Of a stretch of 64,000 nucleotides of DNA, positions 1-15,533 are shown in pieces. The position numbers and the translations under genes are program-made. Under the pieces are notes generated by a model that was given only the letters and a program-made list of their open reading frames with translations, had not been told where the DNA came from and did not search any database. Where the stretch lies: the NCBI RefSeq assembly GCF_009914755.1, contig NC_060939.1; one strand, given 5' to 3'. Within the stretch, counting starts at the first letter, position 1. Each line of letters opens with the position of its first letter. The stretch comes from the human T2T-CHM13v2.0 reference genome, Homo sapiens.

Positions 1-834
1 TTACAGATGAATATCCCATCAACTAGAGTTCCCATTTATATAATATAGCTAATAGGTTATCCTGGAACACATGTGCTGTTGGAAAAAATCTCTTTTATGA
101 AGCACCTAACTGGGCAAACATTTTAGGCACACTATAAGAAAACCAGTTAATGTGAGAGAGAAAAAGGAATTTAAAAACCATTATAGCCTATATGCTTGTA
201 TTTCAGAATGTACTAAGAAGTTTTGTGAAGGATTTTGGCTGCAAATAAAAATACTTCTGTGATAATCTGCAGGAATTTTGGGCCGAATCAAAGGCTCTGC
301 CTGAAAAGATTACTAACCAAACAAATGTTGGCTTGCCCAGGTTTAGCATGCAACGCCAATTTTAAGTCGTGCTCCTCAAGGTGCCAGCTGTGTTCCTGAT
401 GATTCTCCTCTATACTATACTCAGTAAAAGAGTACAGTAAGAATGTCACTACTGGGGCATATCTTGGCCTCAAAAATTCAGGTGAGTTAGGATGGAATGG
501 AATTAATTCTTTTTTTTTCTTTTTCAAAATAAAGTTGAGGATCTAAAATTTTTCTGAATCACAGGAATTCTAATGGACATTCAGAAGAATGATTTGACCC
601 AAGTTTTCCAAAGGAAACTAATGAATAATTTTTTAAAACATGAAGTAGAAACATAAAAAAATGAAAACATACATTTAACCTTTTTCTTTCATAGAAAACA
701 AATCACAAAATTTGTTTCTCCTTCTTTCTCTCTTCTTGTTTGCTGCCTTACAAATGAAATGCCTCACACTGAGAAAATTAAACAGTTTTTAATGCTTGTT
801 TCATTCCACTCAGTGACAAGGATGTTTGTTATTA

Positions 835-1050
835 ACTATTAAATGCCTACTATAATGCAGACAGTATACTATCCAAGTGTTTCATATATATTACTGCTAA
901 TCACTAATTATCCCAATGATCTTATGCATTTTACAGACTAAGGAATTTTCATTTTATTTTGATTTTATAGACTAAGGAATTGAGAGTCAAATAAATTAAG
1001 TAACTTGACCAAGGTCACACAGGTTCTACTGCAGAATCCACACTCCTTTC
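835..1050 (-). mobile_element. MIR fragment
   Basis: MIR core in antisense (cattttacagactaaggaa...aagtaacttgaccaaggtcacacag). Confidence 0.7.
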
Positions 1051-1394
1051 ACATAATGATAGTTAAGTGGGAAAATCTCTGTTAATCAACTGGTCTTGGT
1101 GATTGATTTTTCTTGCAAGCAGAAACAATGAAAGGCTCTTCTGGGTCCCTTCACTATAGCCCTCTGGACAAACTCCAGACAAAGCCTGCTGGAACTCCAG
1201 AGAAAGCATGGAGCTCCCACTAATAAAAGGGCATGTCTTCCAGAGGCTATTTTCTTTGCCACAGAAAGCATAGCATTATGAAATAGTTCAAAATGGCAAA
1301 ATAAAGCGCAAACAGATTTAATCTTACAGGCAAAAAGTCAAACAGAGTAAGAAGACAGGTGACACAGGTAACAAGGACAACTCTTTAGACTTCT

Positions 1395-1530
1395 GCCACT
1401 CAAAATACAGTCCACGAACTAGCAGCATTGGTAATACCTGTGAGCTTGTTAGAAATGCAGTGTCTCAGGCCCCACTCCAGATTTAGAATCAGTCCATGCT
1501 TTAGTATGTATATGAAAATTTGAGAAGCAA
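1395..1530. mobile_element. MER5A/B-like hAT-Charlie MITE
   Basis: agcagcattggtaatacctgtgagcttgttagaaatgcag...aggccccactccaga...aaaatttgagaagca. Confidence 0.7.
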
Positions 1531-3289
1531 TAATTTTAATTATAATTAAGTCACTAGTGACTAAATGACGGCCAAAACTGGTCTAAAGAGCTAGAAATTA
1601 GCCTATAGCCAACAAAGCTTCCAGAAACAAGATATTCTAATGCATTTCCCTCATTTGATTAATACTGTAAATTGTGAATTCACTTGCTAAGAGCCCTTTT
1701 GAAGCAAACTTGGAAGTCAGTATTCTATTATTTCAGTTCTACCTGGTAAGAACTTAGTTTCATTTGCACCTTTCACTCACTCACTCATAGCTTCCACCCA
1801 AGTACAAGCAAAGCAGCAGCACATGTTTAGTAGAGTTTTACCTTAGAGTAATCAGAGCCAAGATATGTTTTGTGGGGATAAAATGCATTTGTAAGCAAGA
1901 GCTGTCTTCATCAAAATTCAAGGTTTTCCACATGATTTAACTATCATAGCAAGCAATCTGGATATTACCCCACAAAACACATTTGTGTGTGTGTCGACAG
2001 TAGTCTCTAATACTGTGGCTAGTGGAAAGGAGTTATGGATTATTTTGTCAAGACAAAAGGTATTGTAAAAATAACTTACTTCTCTTAAATAGCAAGCCAA
2101 TACTCAAACTATTAGACTAGTGGGAAGAATGGTAATGCATTTGACCATAGAGAGAATACTTAATTAAATCTGCTAAGTGATTGATGATACTACCACTGTC
2201 CTGTTATATAAACTAAAACATCAAATCACTGTTGGATCCCTCTCTTCACTGAAAACAGTAGCTCTGCCAGATAGTTAAAAACAATTTCTGGAAATATCTG
2301 ACCAGATGATGAGTTAATTTTGAAGGAAACCAATAGCCTCATTTGAGAGATTTTTTTTTTTTTTTTTTTTTTTTTACTTATTTATTGCTTACATCTGTTA
2401 GGTTTAGAAAACACTCATATGGAACAACAATGAAGACTGCTGTCAAAATCTGTCCCTTTGGTTATATTTTAAGAGAATCCTCTTTTAAACAAATTTTATT
2501 CATTTTCTTACTTTTTTGGACAGGGTTATTCTTTATCTCTCATAATAATTTAAAATATCTGAATCAAAATCCTCAAAATGTTTACAAAATAAGTAGTAGT
2601 TTTTTTTTTTCTACTTTAAGAATCTAACCAAAGGAAAACAAATTCAGACCAAAAGACTGAGATATTTTCTGGTTTCTAATTAGACTCTTCTACTTTATAA
2701 CCTTGTAAACTAACATTCTTAACATTCCATAACAAAAAGGGCTGAAAAAAGGTTGGTTCACACAGATACTATCATAATGCAGGAAAAGGATTTGTGTTAG
2801 AATTCAATGTTCACATTAAATAAAATTTTCTTAATTATCTGGTTTTTACTAATACACTGTTCTTTTGTCTGATGGTGCCTTTCTTTCTGTGCTTTCTTTT
2901 CTCTTGCACTGACTGTCAACCTTGCTTAGAAGAGGACTGATTTGTCTCTGACTTATCAGATGGTTAAAGTCTGCCTTATTTGAGTAAGCTCTTTAAAAAT
3001 GCTGTTTTAGAAAGGTCAATTAGTTCTAAACAAAGATATTCAGTTCAGTAAGCAACTCCTATAGAGACACTTCCTACAGAGATAAGCCAATATTTCCTGT
3101 TGTGCTCTAGTGTACAAAGGGGCAAAGGAAGCTGTAAGTGAATGCACACTGTATCAGCTGGAGTCCCCAGAATTTATAATTTCTCACAGCACTTACGGGA
3201 GATTTCCACTGAGCTCCTACACCAGCATTTTCTAGAATTTTGCTGAATTATTTCATTTGTATGGAGAGAGGTGTTTCAAAATACATCCA

Positions 3290-3580
3290 ATCTATCATGA
3301 AATCTGGATGATTTTTTTTCTCTGTGGTGATTTTTGGTTTTGCCCATCTCTTTCCATTTCCACAGCTGCACCTTTCACGTCTAGTTTGTTCTGGTGGTCT
3401 CCTATCTAATGTCTTTGCCTCTAGGTCCTCCCACTCCATCCATATGCAATCACAAATACAATGTTCCTCAATTAATTTCATCATGTGACTTGCTTGTTCA
3501 AAAATTTTAAGTAGCTCCCTATTTTTCAGCATATCAAACCCACATTTCTTAGCTTAGGTTTCAAAATCCTCCACATTTCA
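3290..3580 (+). mobile_element. L2 fragment
   Basis: Pyrimidine-rich L2 3'-region phrasing (tcatcatgtgacttgcttgttcaaaaattttaagtagctccc...). Confidence 0.55.
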
Positions 3581-3589
3581 AATCAATGG

Positions 3590-3720
3590 TTATTTTGCAG
3601 AGAAGAAAACGGAGGCACTTTGAAGTAACTTGCCCAGGGTTACATAGTTAGAGGAATTGAGATCTCAGCTCAGGCAATCTCATTTCAGAGTTTAGGCTTT
3701 CAAGTATCACACTACATTAT
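3590..3720 (-). mobile_element. MIR fragment
   Basis: ttttgcagagaagaaaacggaggc...aagtaacttgcccagggttacatag. Confidence 0.65.
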
Positions 3721-4094
3721 TCCTGTTAAGAGTCTGGTGTGTAACTGTTATGTTGCAATTGCATTGTATTTGTCTCCAGATATTTCCCCAACCACATTAT
3801 TCTGAGACAGTACATTTCATTTGTATGTTCACACAAAACCTATATATAGCAGACAATTTATTTCATTAACTGGTGCTATACTAGAATAGTTTTTCAGATA
3901 AACCATAATGCCAAGCTTGCAACTGCTTGGAGTCAAAGATCGATAAAGATATAGGTGGTTAAAACTGTTTCCATCTATTTATATCCTCATCTGCTGCAGT
4001 TTCTGCTTAAAAATAGTTGTGACATGAAATTTTCCTATAAGGTGTTCTGGTCCAGAAGTAAGCAATGGTGAAATCTGAGCAAGACTTTCTACAG

Positions 4095-4095
<1 letters not shown>

Positions 4096-4163
<68 letters not shown>
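4096..4163. repeat. (TG)~14 (TA)~16 compound microsatellite
   Basis: Directly visible. Confidence 0.98.
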
Positions 4164-4165
<2 letters not shown>

Positions 4166-4510
4166 CAATTCTAGAAAGAAGTAGAAAGGGTACACCAAGC
4201 ATGAAGTTATGTAATCTCTAACACTCGTAATGTTTACATTTGAAATAGTTAATATACTCTCTGTTTTTCAATATATGACGAAACACACAGTCATAAAGAA
4301 ATGGCCCCTTCACTGAGAAGATATTGTGAATGTGTATTTCATAAGAGAATGCAGCTAGCCATAGTCTTGTTAAATGCTAGGCAAAGTTCATGTAAATGAA
4401 ATGTTTATGCTGAGCATTACGCTCTAAGTATTTAATCGATCCTTAACCAAGAAAAAAAAATCAATGCTTTCTTTTTAATTCTGTCAGTCACAGCAACTGA
4501 AAATAAAGGG

Positions 4511-4571
<61 letters not shown>

Positions 4572-4600
4572 CACACACATACACACATATATATGTGTGT
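4511..4600. repeat. (TA)~24 plus (CA)n microsatellite
   Basis: Directly visible; pure TA run 4521-4568. Confidence 0.98.
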
Positions 4601-5234
4601 AATGTAATACAGACAGGAAAGACCATTACCAGGAAACAGAACAATAGTTCTCTTTTCTCTTGTGGCTTTTTGCATTACATTATCAGTTAAACATTCTAAA
4701 GATATTTCAAGAAAAAAAAAAACCCTGTCTTTGATATTTGATCTGAGATGTTTGAAAAGAAAATCTGAAACATTATCATTTACAAATCCAGACACTGACA
4801 ACATAAACATATAAAGATGAAGTTGCCATGATAACGAATTAGGTATTCATATGTTTCACTGACAAAAATCCATTGTTCTATGGTTTTGCAACTAGTAAGT
4901 TTATGTCCCAAGTTCATGATATACCAGTATATCTGTTCTTAACATAAGACAATGAATAACTTTGTAACAGGGTCCAGAAATAATTAGCCACTCCAGAGAG
5001 TGTTGTGGAATTTGAAAACCGAGATGCCATGTATTTTCTCTGACACTATTTTCTGAATAGTCCAAATAAAAACTTGGAGGAAAGTTCAAAGCCCAAAATA
5101 AATCTGTCTCACGAAAAGATAGCTTGAGAAGTTCTGCATACTCTTCTGGATGCAGAAAAGAGCTACTGTGAGAAACACCTCACTCTTCATAAGTCAAGAT
5201 GAAAACTGAGGATAATGTCATGCTACCAGAATAA

Positions 5235-5465
5235 CAATAGTTACCACTTAACATATGCCAGGCACTTTTTATCTACTGTTTCCTTTAATCCCTCTACTTC
5301 CTTATAACGTATTACCACCCCTATTTTATAGACAAGGAAACTGAAGTTCAGAGAGATTTCGTGATTTGCTCATAGACCTAGGACTGGATCATACACTTAG
5401 ATCATGGTATGTCTGAACTCTGGACTTAGATCTATCTAGCTCCAGAGTCTACAATTCTATTTTAC
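5235..5465 (-). mobile_element. MIR
   Basis: atatgccaggcact...ccctattttatagacaaggaaactgaagttcagagag. Confidence 0.7.
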
Positions 5466-5471
5466 TATATG

Positions 5472-5650
5472 GCAGTTGTCCTCAACCTTTAGTGCCTGTC
5501 ACAATCATCTGTAATCTTTATTAAAATACAGATGCATGAGTTGCATTCCCATAGATCCTAAGCCAGCAGGTCTGAGAGGGGGCTCAAACATCTGAAACAG
5601 TTCAGGTACTTCTGATGTATATCAAAGGAAGAGAACTTGTATTTATTACT
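5472..5650. mobile_element. MER5-like MITE
   Basis: cagttgtcctcaacctt...aatcatctg...ttaaaatacagatgc...caggtacttctgatg. Confidence 0.6.
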
Positions 5651-6195
5651 AGACTGGAAAAACAAAAATGGCAATCTAGAATAAGTTTATCATTTTGTAA
5701 TTACTTGTTTTTCAGCAAATTTACCATTCTTATTACATATTTTGTAGGCATCCATTAAATCATCCCATTTTCTAATACATGATATCCCTAAACAAATAAG
5801 GGGGGTGGAGTAGTATAAGTAACACAGAGGCACATTGACTATAGTAGGAAGATCAAACAGGGGCTGATGGTTTTCTACCCATAATATGAAAATGAACAAC
5901 ATACAGACAGGAAAAGTAGAAGTAAGAGCAATATTGCTCTAATATATTAATATAGCACATACTTAGGATTAGACCAAGAAGAATAAAACCAAATAAATAT
6001 ACAGAAAACAACAATTTAGAAGAGTTCTGGGCTTAATCTTCAGAAGTTTACAATTTATAGAAATGAGATTTAAACACTTTAGATACAACCATCTCCAAAA
6101 TGTTTTATGCTGTTTTGCTGCAGAGAATAAATAAGAAAAAAGTCCTATGATTTAATAATTTTTCTAGTAAATATATTTTTCTCTTAAGAAAATGA

Positions 6196-6497
6196 GGCTG
6201 GGCACAGTTGCTCATGCCTGTAATCCCAGCATTATGGGAGGCTAAGGCAAGAGGATAACTTGATCCCAGGAGTTCAAGACCTTCCTGGACAATATAGCAA
6301 GGCTCCAGGTCAACTAAAAAAAAAAAATTAGCCTGGTATGGTGGTGCTCACCTATAGTTTCAGCTACTTGGGAGGCTACTCAAGAGAATCACTTGAGCCC
6401 AGGGGTTCAAGGTTGCAGTGAGGTATGATCACATCACTGCGCTCCAGCCTGGGAGATACAGTGAGACACTGTCTCAAAAAAGAAAAAAGAAAAGAAG
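6196..6497 (+). mobile_element. AluJ
   Basis: Dimeric Alu with J-type gaggat..cttga.cccaggagttcaag; A tail. Confidence 0.9.
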
Positions 6498-6574
6498 CTA
6501 ATATTCTACATATATATTTTATCTATTCATAAATATTTGTTGGACACTTACAACATATAAGGTATTTTACTACT

Positions 6575-6711
6575 TTTTTATTATTTCTATTTTTTATTTA
6601 TTATTATTATTATACTATAAGTTTTAGGGTACATGTGCACAACGTGCAGGTTTGTTACATATGTTTACATGTGCCATGTTGGTGTGCTGCACCCATTAAC
6701 TCATCATTTAG
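6575..6711 (-). mobile_element. Very short (~135 bp) 5'-truncated L1PA (PA4-like) 3' end
   Basis: ttattatactataagttttagggtacatgtgcacaacgtgcaggtttgttacatatg...cccattaactcatcatttag. Confidence 0.9.
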
Positions 6712-7113
6712 TTACTTCTAATCTTTTACCAGTTGCATTATAATACCACGATTCTCATGTTCTAACATTTATGAACATGTACTTTCGAGTGGGCTCACAA
6801 AAATTATAGGGTGGCTAGCAGGCCTGTTCTGGGTCCCTATGGGTCATCAAAGATATGAGTTGACAATAAAATCAAGTTAGATAATTTGCTTTGGCCTGGA
6901 ACTTGTGCAGAGCTTCTGATGCAGGACTTCATTTAATAAAGTTTGACCTGCAAGGGCCCTTAATGTTGCCTGGTCCACAGTCCTCATCAAACAGATGAAG
7001 ATATTAAGGTGTAAAGAGAGAGAACAACTGGATTAAAATATCACACCTTTGCCCAGAACTTGCTGCTCTTTCACAGTCTAGCACAAACCCTGAGAGGATG
7101 GGTAGGTCCCAGG

Positions 7114-7360
7114 CAGGGCCCAATTATGACTTTTGTGGGCTTTTGATACTTGTCTTTTTGGTGCTTTCCCCATTAAAAAAATTAAAAACTATACTTTATG
7201 ACTACTTTGGTATGAAGACAAATATATTAATGTTATATATTAAAATACTTTGTTCAACAGTAAAAGGTATTTTCCTTCTAATTTTAAAAGACATTAAGTA
7301 TTTTCATGTGCCCCTAAAAGTATTGAGGACTCTAGGTTCTAATGGGATAAGCTAGCCCTG
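7114..7360 (-). mobile_element. MER96B-like hAT element
   Basis: Termini CAGGGC...GCCCTG; 3' part cccctaaaagtattgaggactctagg...ggataagctagccctg; degenerate 8-bp TSD gtcccagg/gtttcagg. Confidence 0.65.
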
Positions 7361-8109
7361 GTTTCAGGTCCTTCATTTGACAGTCTGAACAGCATTACTC
7401 TCCTCTAGAAGACTTAGTTCTGCCATAGGGGACTCTTTATGTGGCTTCTCTATGACTCAGGATGTATTGGCCCTAGAAAGTTTGGCCTTTTATTATCAGG
7501 CTACTCCAGAGGTTCTCATTCCAGCAGCCAGTCAGGACCTACTTCCCCATTCTGAACCAGGCAGTCCCCTAGAAAACCATTCCAAGAGACTGTGGAGTAC
7601 TCAACAGAGATCAGGTACCAAGTCCCTGGGAAAGAAAACAATCTCCAGGGCCTCAAATAAGATATACCTTTCTTAAGGCCTTTCTACTACATTTGAAAAA
7701 AACATGAGGCAGAGCACTTCATTGAAGTTTAGCACCTTTCACAATGTGGCTAGTAATAACCTGCAGAGACATCCTTACTCTAAGAACACAATGAAGATTT
7801 TCTGCACTAGGTATGATTTTGTTTCCAATACATTCAACTGTGTGAAAGGCTGTATCATTCATAAAATGGCAAGCAGGGAACAAATAACAAATTTCCTCTA
7901 TTTACCCAATTTCAGAAAACTGCCATCTTAAAGCAGAATTTATTATTCTCATGGCACTCATCATTCTTATGGGTTTTACTTTAGGGTCCCCATGCATGAG
8001 GCTCAGCTCAAGTCCTCTCCTCTCCAGTAAATCAACATTAATAACTTCTCTCATGACCAGAGGTATCTGATTCCTGACCATTTTTGTTACATGCATTCCT
8101 CTTCTTTAG

Positions 8110-8448
<339 letters not shown>

Positions 8449-8682
8449 TGATTCAACAAATATTATTTTGTGATTAATATGTGCCAGCTATGACATGGTA
8501 TATACAAAGATTAGTAAAACAAGACACCATTCTCAAAGAGATAATTTCAAGTGAGGGGGAGAATAATATAAAATATACCAATATTTAAGACAGGGAAAAC
8601 ATTATAAATGCTATTATAAAATACTTATTGGGTGAAGGAAGTGTCTGGAAAGACATCATGCAAGTGACAGCATTTGAGATAA

Positions 8683-8977
<295 letters not shown>

Positions 8978-9094
8978 TGAGGGGAGTCTTAATGAGGACA
9001 GATTACTCAGAATTGGAAAGAAGGTGGAAGAGAAACAGCACAGAAGAGACACAGAAACAATGAGTGGGATCTATTTATCAAACAACAAGAAGTG

Positions 9095-9355
9095 AGCTGG
9101 GCACAGTGGCTCATACCTGTAATCCCACCAATTTGGAAAGCAAGGTGGGATGACTGCTAAAGGCCAGGAGTTTGAGACCAGCCTGGGCAACACAATGAGA
9201 TTCTGTCTCACTGTGGCGGGAGGATCACTTGAGTCCAGCAGTTTGAGGTTACAGTGGACTATGATTGTACCACTACACTCCAGCCTAGGAGACAGAGTGA
9301 GACCCTGTCTCAAACAAGACAAAACAAAACAAAAAACCAAACCAACCACAAAAAC
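9095..9355 (+). mobile_element. AluJ with internal deletion across the linker; (AAAAC)n tail
   Basis: Left arm runs directly into right-arm gggaggatcacttgag at ~9215. Confidence 0.85.
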
Positions 9356-10489
9356 CCAGTAAGAAGCATAATTTGGTTTATAGCATGTAGTACTAGTATG
9401 AAGAAGTAAAAACCAAAAATTAGGGGATAATATACACATCTAAAAGGAAAAAAAAAGATCTGAGACTTTATTGTGTTTAGTTTGTATTCTCTATAGGACC
9501 AGCCCAGTGTTGGGTGTAATATATAATATTTGATGACTGATTTAAGCTGTCATAAAAAGCATCAACAATGTATACAATAATCCAAAGGCATCTAATAATC
9601 ACAGTAAATAAACAGTGATATGAGGTACTTGAAAAAAAGGCCCCCACCAAATTCATAATAAAACAGCTACAGTTAATTGAGAATAGATGTGGGGGAAACC
9701 ATTCTAACCTTTCTTGCAATATAAATTCAGTAGTTAAAAAAAGTATAATAGGCTCCACTAATTTCATGATGTTTCTTCAGTGAAGCTCAGAAATAAATGC
9801 TACATATAAGTGGGTTTCAATAAAAAAGGAATCTCTACTGGTTTAACCTACTCTGTCCACTTTTCATCAAGTCTTTCAAGACAGGTGCAAATTGAATTTA
9901 ATAAGAAAATTGCAATAGCTTTGCAAGCAAAGGGAAGTAGCTAAAATTAGACAAAAGTTTTACTGAGAACAAGTTGCACTTGCAGAATTAGGTATAACTC
10001 AGGTAATTAAAGATAACATCTTCCCTTTGGTTAACTGCCCAAATGAAACTGAAAGATCAGAATTTTCTTGTAAGTAAAAAAAAGTTTTAGAGTATAATTT
10101 TCTTTTCAGATATGGTCAAAAACTTCAAATTTGAAAAATAAATATAGATTCAAACCTCCAGAAATAAATGACAGGTTAAATATTTGAGTAATTAATTGCA
10201 TATGAAATTGTAACATATGGAGGTAGAATGCAACAGCTGTTCATCTAATAATATATTTTAAAAGCTAAATTTATATGAGAATAATTGTTACACTCATTTC
10301 CTCCAAGCAGTAGTCTATTCACTACTGAAGTCTTGATAATCAGTATCTTCCTACACACTCATACAAATTCATTTTCTTAAAAGTACTTCTGACTATGTTT
10401 AAATAGATATACAGTGAAATTTGAAAAACAAAACAAAACAAAACACAGGTATTACTTTAATACTACTATTATGACCCAAAGCAATTGTG

Positions 10490-10620
10490 AAGGTTTCTTC
10501 AAGAGTGGCCCACAGCCCACAGGAATCATACTCACCTGAGATGTTTGCTTAAAATGTAGAGGCTTACTCCAACAATTCTTGGATCTCACTGAGATACAAA
10601 ATCATTGCCCTTATCATTTT
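10490..10620. mobile_element. MER5A-like fragment
   Basis: ttcttcaagagtggcccacag...aatcatactcacctgagatgtttgcttaaaatgtaga. Confidence 0.55.
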
Positions 10621-10649
10621 AATCAGTATTCTCACTTCGCTCTTTACCC

Positions 10650-12225
<1,576 letters not shown>

Positions 12226-12344
12226 GTTCCTTCTTATAATTATTAATTCAGAGTTTTTACCATTCCTTATTACAATTTGAATAAAACATATTTTTCTGAA
12301 AACTACCCATTATGTCTAAGCATTCATGTTTATTTTATTAAACC

Positions 12345-12642
12345 TCTCTTTTTTTTGAAAGACATAGGGTCTCACTTTGTTGCCCAGGCTGAAGTGCAGT
12401 GGCATGATCATAGCTCCCTTCTGCTTCAAATTGCTGGGCTCGAGTGATGCTCCCACCTCAGCCTCCCAAGTAGCCATGACTACAGGTGGGTGTCACTGTA
12501 CCTGGCTAATTTTTAAACTTTTTGTAGAGATGGGATCTTGCCAACTTGCCCTGGCTGGTCTTGAACTCCTAGACTTGAGTGATTCTCCCATCTCAGGCCC
12601 CTCAAAGTGTTGAGATTACAGGCATGAGCCACTGTGCCCACA
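12345..12642 (-). mobile_element. AluJ
   Basis: J-type; degenerate TSD agcattca(tg/ca)tttatt. Confidence 0.88.
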
Positions 12643-13142
12643 CAGCATTCACATTTATTACTGTAAACCTTATGCATAAAAGTTCTTATAATTTTACAAA
12701 TTTCTGTAGTTTTAGTTATGCTTCCTTTTTAAATTACCAATATCGATTAATATATTTTCTTTCTTTTTCAGACTTGCCAAGATTTATCTATTTTATTTAT
12801 CTTTTAATGAACACTGCTGTTGGATTTCTGCATTCATCCTTATTAATTTGGTCCTTTATTTTCTTTGAATTATTTTGTCATTCGTTTTAAAAATCTTTAA
12901 CACAATTGTTTACTTATTTAAGCAAATAATTTAATTTTTATAAAATAAAGCATGCTTCCATGAAAAATGTAAGAAATACATAAAAGCACAAAATAGTAAA
13001 AGGAATAAATCAACCAATGTCCCATTACCCAGAAAGAAAAGGTGTTAATATTAGTGGAGTACCATTCCACACATCTCTCTAAGTATACACAGAAATGAAT
13101 GGATGAACACACAGAATTGGAGAGATACTGAGATTACAGAAA

Positions 13143-15533
13143 ATTTTTTTTTTAATTTAAAAAAAATTTGTGTAAGATCATAGCTCACTGCAGACTTGAA
13201 TTCCTGGGCTCAAGAGATCCTCCTGCTTCATCCTCCTGAGTAGCTAGGACTACAGGTATGGACCACCATGTCCAGCTAATTAAAAAAAAATATATATATT
13301 TTTTTGAGACAGGGTCTTGCTCTGTTGCCCAGGCTGGTCCTGAATTCTTAGCCTCGAGAGATCCAATCCTCCCTTGAGAACTGGATCAAGGGGCGGTTTC
13401 CTCCATGCTATTCTCATGATAGTGACTGAGTTCTCATGAGATCTGATGGTTTTATAAGCATCTGGCGTTGCCCTTGCTTGCACTTCCTCTCTCCTGTCAC
13501 CTTGTGAAGAAGGTGCCTTGCTTCCCCTTCACCTTCCACCATGATTTTAAGTTTCCTGCAGCCTTCCCAGCCATGCAAAACTGTGAGTAAATTAAGCCTC
13601 TTTCCTTCATATATTACCCAGTCTCAGGTATTTCCTTCTAACAATGTGAGAACTGGCTAATACAATAAATTGGTACCAAGGTCACAGGGGACTGCTGTAA
13701 AGATACCTGAAAATGTGGAAGTGACTTTGGAACTGGGTAACAAGCAGAGGATGGAACAGTTTGGAGGGCTCAGAAGAGGACAGGAAGATGTGGGAAAGTT
13801 TGGAACTTCCTAGAGACTTGTTAAATGATTTTGACCAAAATGCTGATAGTGATATGGACAATTAAGTCCAGGCTGAGGTGGTCTCAGATAGAGATAAGGC
13901 TTGGGAACTGCAGCAAAGGTGACTCTTGTGCATTACGCCTGTCCTAGAGATCTGTGGAACTTTGAACTTGAGAGAGATGATTTAGGGTATCTGGCAGAAG
14001 AAATTTCTAAGCAGCAAACTATCCAAGAAGAAGCAGAGCATAAAGGTTTGGAAAATTTGCAGCCTGAAATGTAATAGGAAAGACAAACCCATTTTCTGGG
14101 AATAAGTTCAAGCCAGCTGCAGAAATTTGCATAAGTAATGGGCAGCTGAATGTTAATCACCAAGACAATAGGGAAAATGTCTCCAGGGCACGTCAGACCT
14201 TCAAGGCAGCCCCTCTCATCACAGGCCTGGAGGCCTAGGAGGGAAAAATGGTTTTGTGGGCTGGGCCCAAGGTCCCCCCTGCTCTATGCTGTGTTAAGAC
14301 ATGGTGCCCTGCGTCCCAGCTGCTTCAGCTCCAGCATGGCTAAAAAGGGCCAAAGTATAGCCTGAGCCATTGCTTCAGAGGGTGCAAGCCCCAAGCCTTG
14401 GTGGCTTCCCTATGGTGTTGAGCCTGTGGGTGCACAGAAGTCAAGAAATGAGGTTTGGGAACCTCTGCCTAGATTTCAGAGGATGTACAGAAACACTCGG
14501 ATGTCCAGGCAGAAGTTTGCTGCAGGGGCAGAGTCCTCATGAAGAACCTCTGCTAGGGCAGTGTGGAAAGGAAACGTGGGGTTGGAGTCTCCACACAGAG
14601 TCCCCACTGGGCACTACTTAGTGGAGCTGTGAGAAGAGGGCCACCATCCTCCAGACCCCAGAATGGTAGATCCACTGACAGCTTGCACTGTGCGTCTGGA
14701 AGAGCGGCAGACATTCAGTGCCAGCCTGTGAAAGCAGCTGGGACGGGGACTGTACCCTGCAAAGCTGCAGAGGCAGGACTACCCAAGGCCATGGGAGCCC
14801 ACCTCTTGCATCAGCATGACCTGAATGTGAGACGTGGAATCAAAGGAGATCATTTTGGGACTTTAAGATTTAATAATTGCCCTATAGTTTCCGACTTGCA
14901 TGAGGCCTATAGTCCCATTGTTTTGGTCAATTTCTCCCACTTGGAATGGGTGTATTTACCCAATTCCTGTTCCCTCCATTGTAACTTGGAAGGAACTAAC
15001 TTGTTTTTGACTTTACAGGCTCATAGGTGGATGGAACTTGCCTTGTCTCAGATGATACTTTGGAGTCGGGCTTTTGAGTTAATGCTGGAATGAGTTAAGA
15101 CTGGGGGACTGTTGGAAGGGTAAGATTGTCTTTTGAAATGTGAGGACATGAAATTTGGGAGGGGCCAGGGATGGAATGATATGGTTTGGCTGTGTCCCCA
15201 CCCAAATCTCATCTTAAACTGTAGTTCCCATAATCCCCAGGTATCATAGGAGGGACCTGGTGGGAAGTGATGGGATCATCGGGGCAGTTTCCCCCATGCT
15301 GTTCTAGTGATAGTGAGTGAGGTCTCATGAGATCTGATGGTTTTATAAGGGGGTCTTCTCCTTTCACTTGGCACTTTTCCTTCCTGCTGCCTTGTGAAGA
15401 AGGTGCTTTGCTTCCCCTTCGCCTTCTGCCATAATTGTTAAGTTTCTTGAGGTCTTCCCAGCCATGTGGAACCATGAGTCAATTAAATCTCTTTCCTTTA
15501 TAAATTACTCAGGTGTGAGCTGCTGCACCTGGC
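13143..15533 (-). mobile_element. AluJ split by a MaLR (pieces 13143-13373 and ~15510-15533)
   Basis: Left arm stops at gatccaatcctccc and resumes as caggtgtgagctgctgcacctggc; short flanking repeat agaaaat. Confidence 0.8.
13378..15512 (+). mobile_element. THE1D/MSTA-type MaLR: partial 5' LTR 13378-13664, internal 13665-15177, partial 3' LTR 15178-15512
   Basis: LTR end ...ctaataca then internal aattggtacc; PPT ggaggggccagggatggaa before 3' LTR tgatatggtttggctgtgtccccacccaaatctcatc. Confidence 0.9.

Noticed and set aside
207-487. Perfect plus-strand donor CAG|gtgagt at 481/482
   Set aside because: The candidate upstream acceptors (206, 272) gave stops in the frames I translated, and an isolated donor is expected by chance.
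928-981. 20-bp direct repeat (atttta(c/t)agactaaggaatt); similar short duplications at ~41090, ~59510 and ~63870
   Set aside because: Ordinary local slippage duplications with only two units; not an array or CRISPR-like.
7500-7615. Possible plus-strand coding exon (ATPEVLIPAASQ...)
   Set aside because: Acceptor is plausible, but the donor gtacca is weak and the peptide is unrecognised.
14563-15093. 176-aa ORF
   Set aside because: Lies wholly in the MaLR internal region, starts at GTG, and is a typical decayed MaLR frame.
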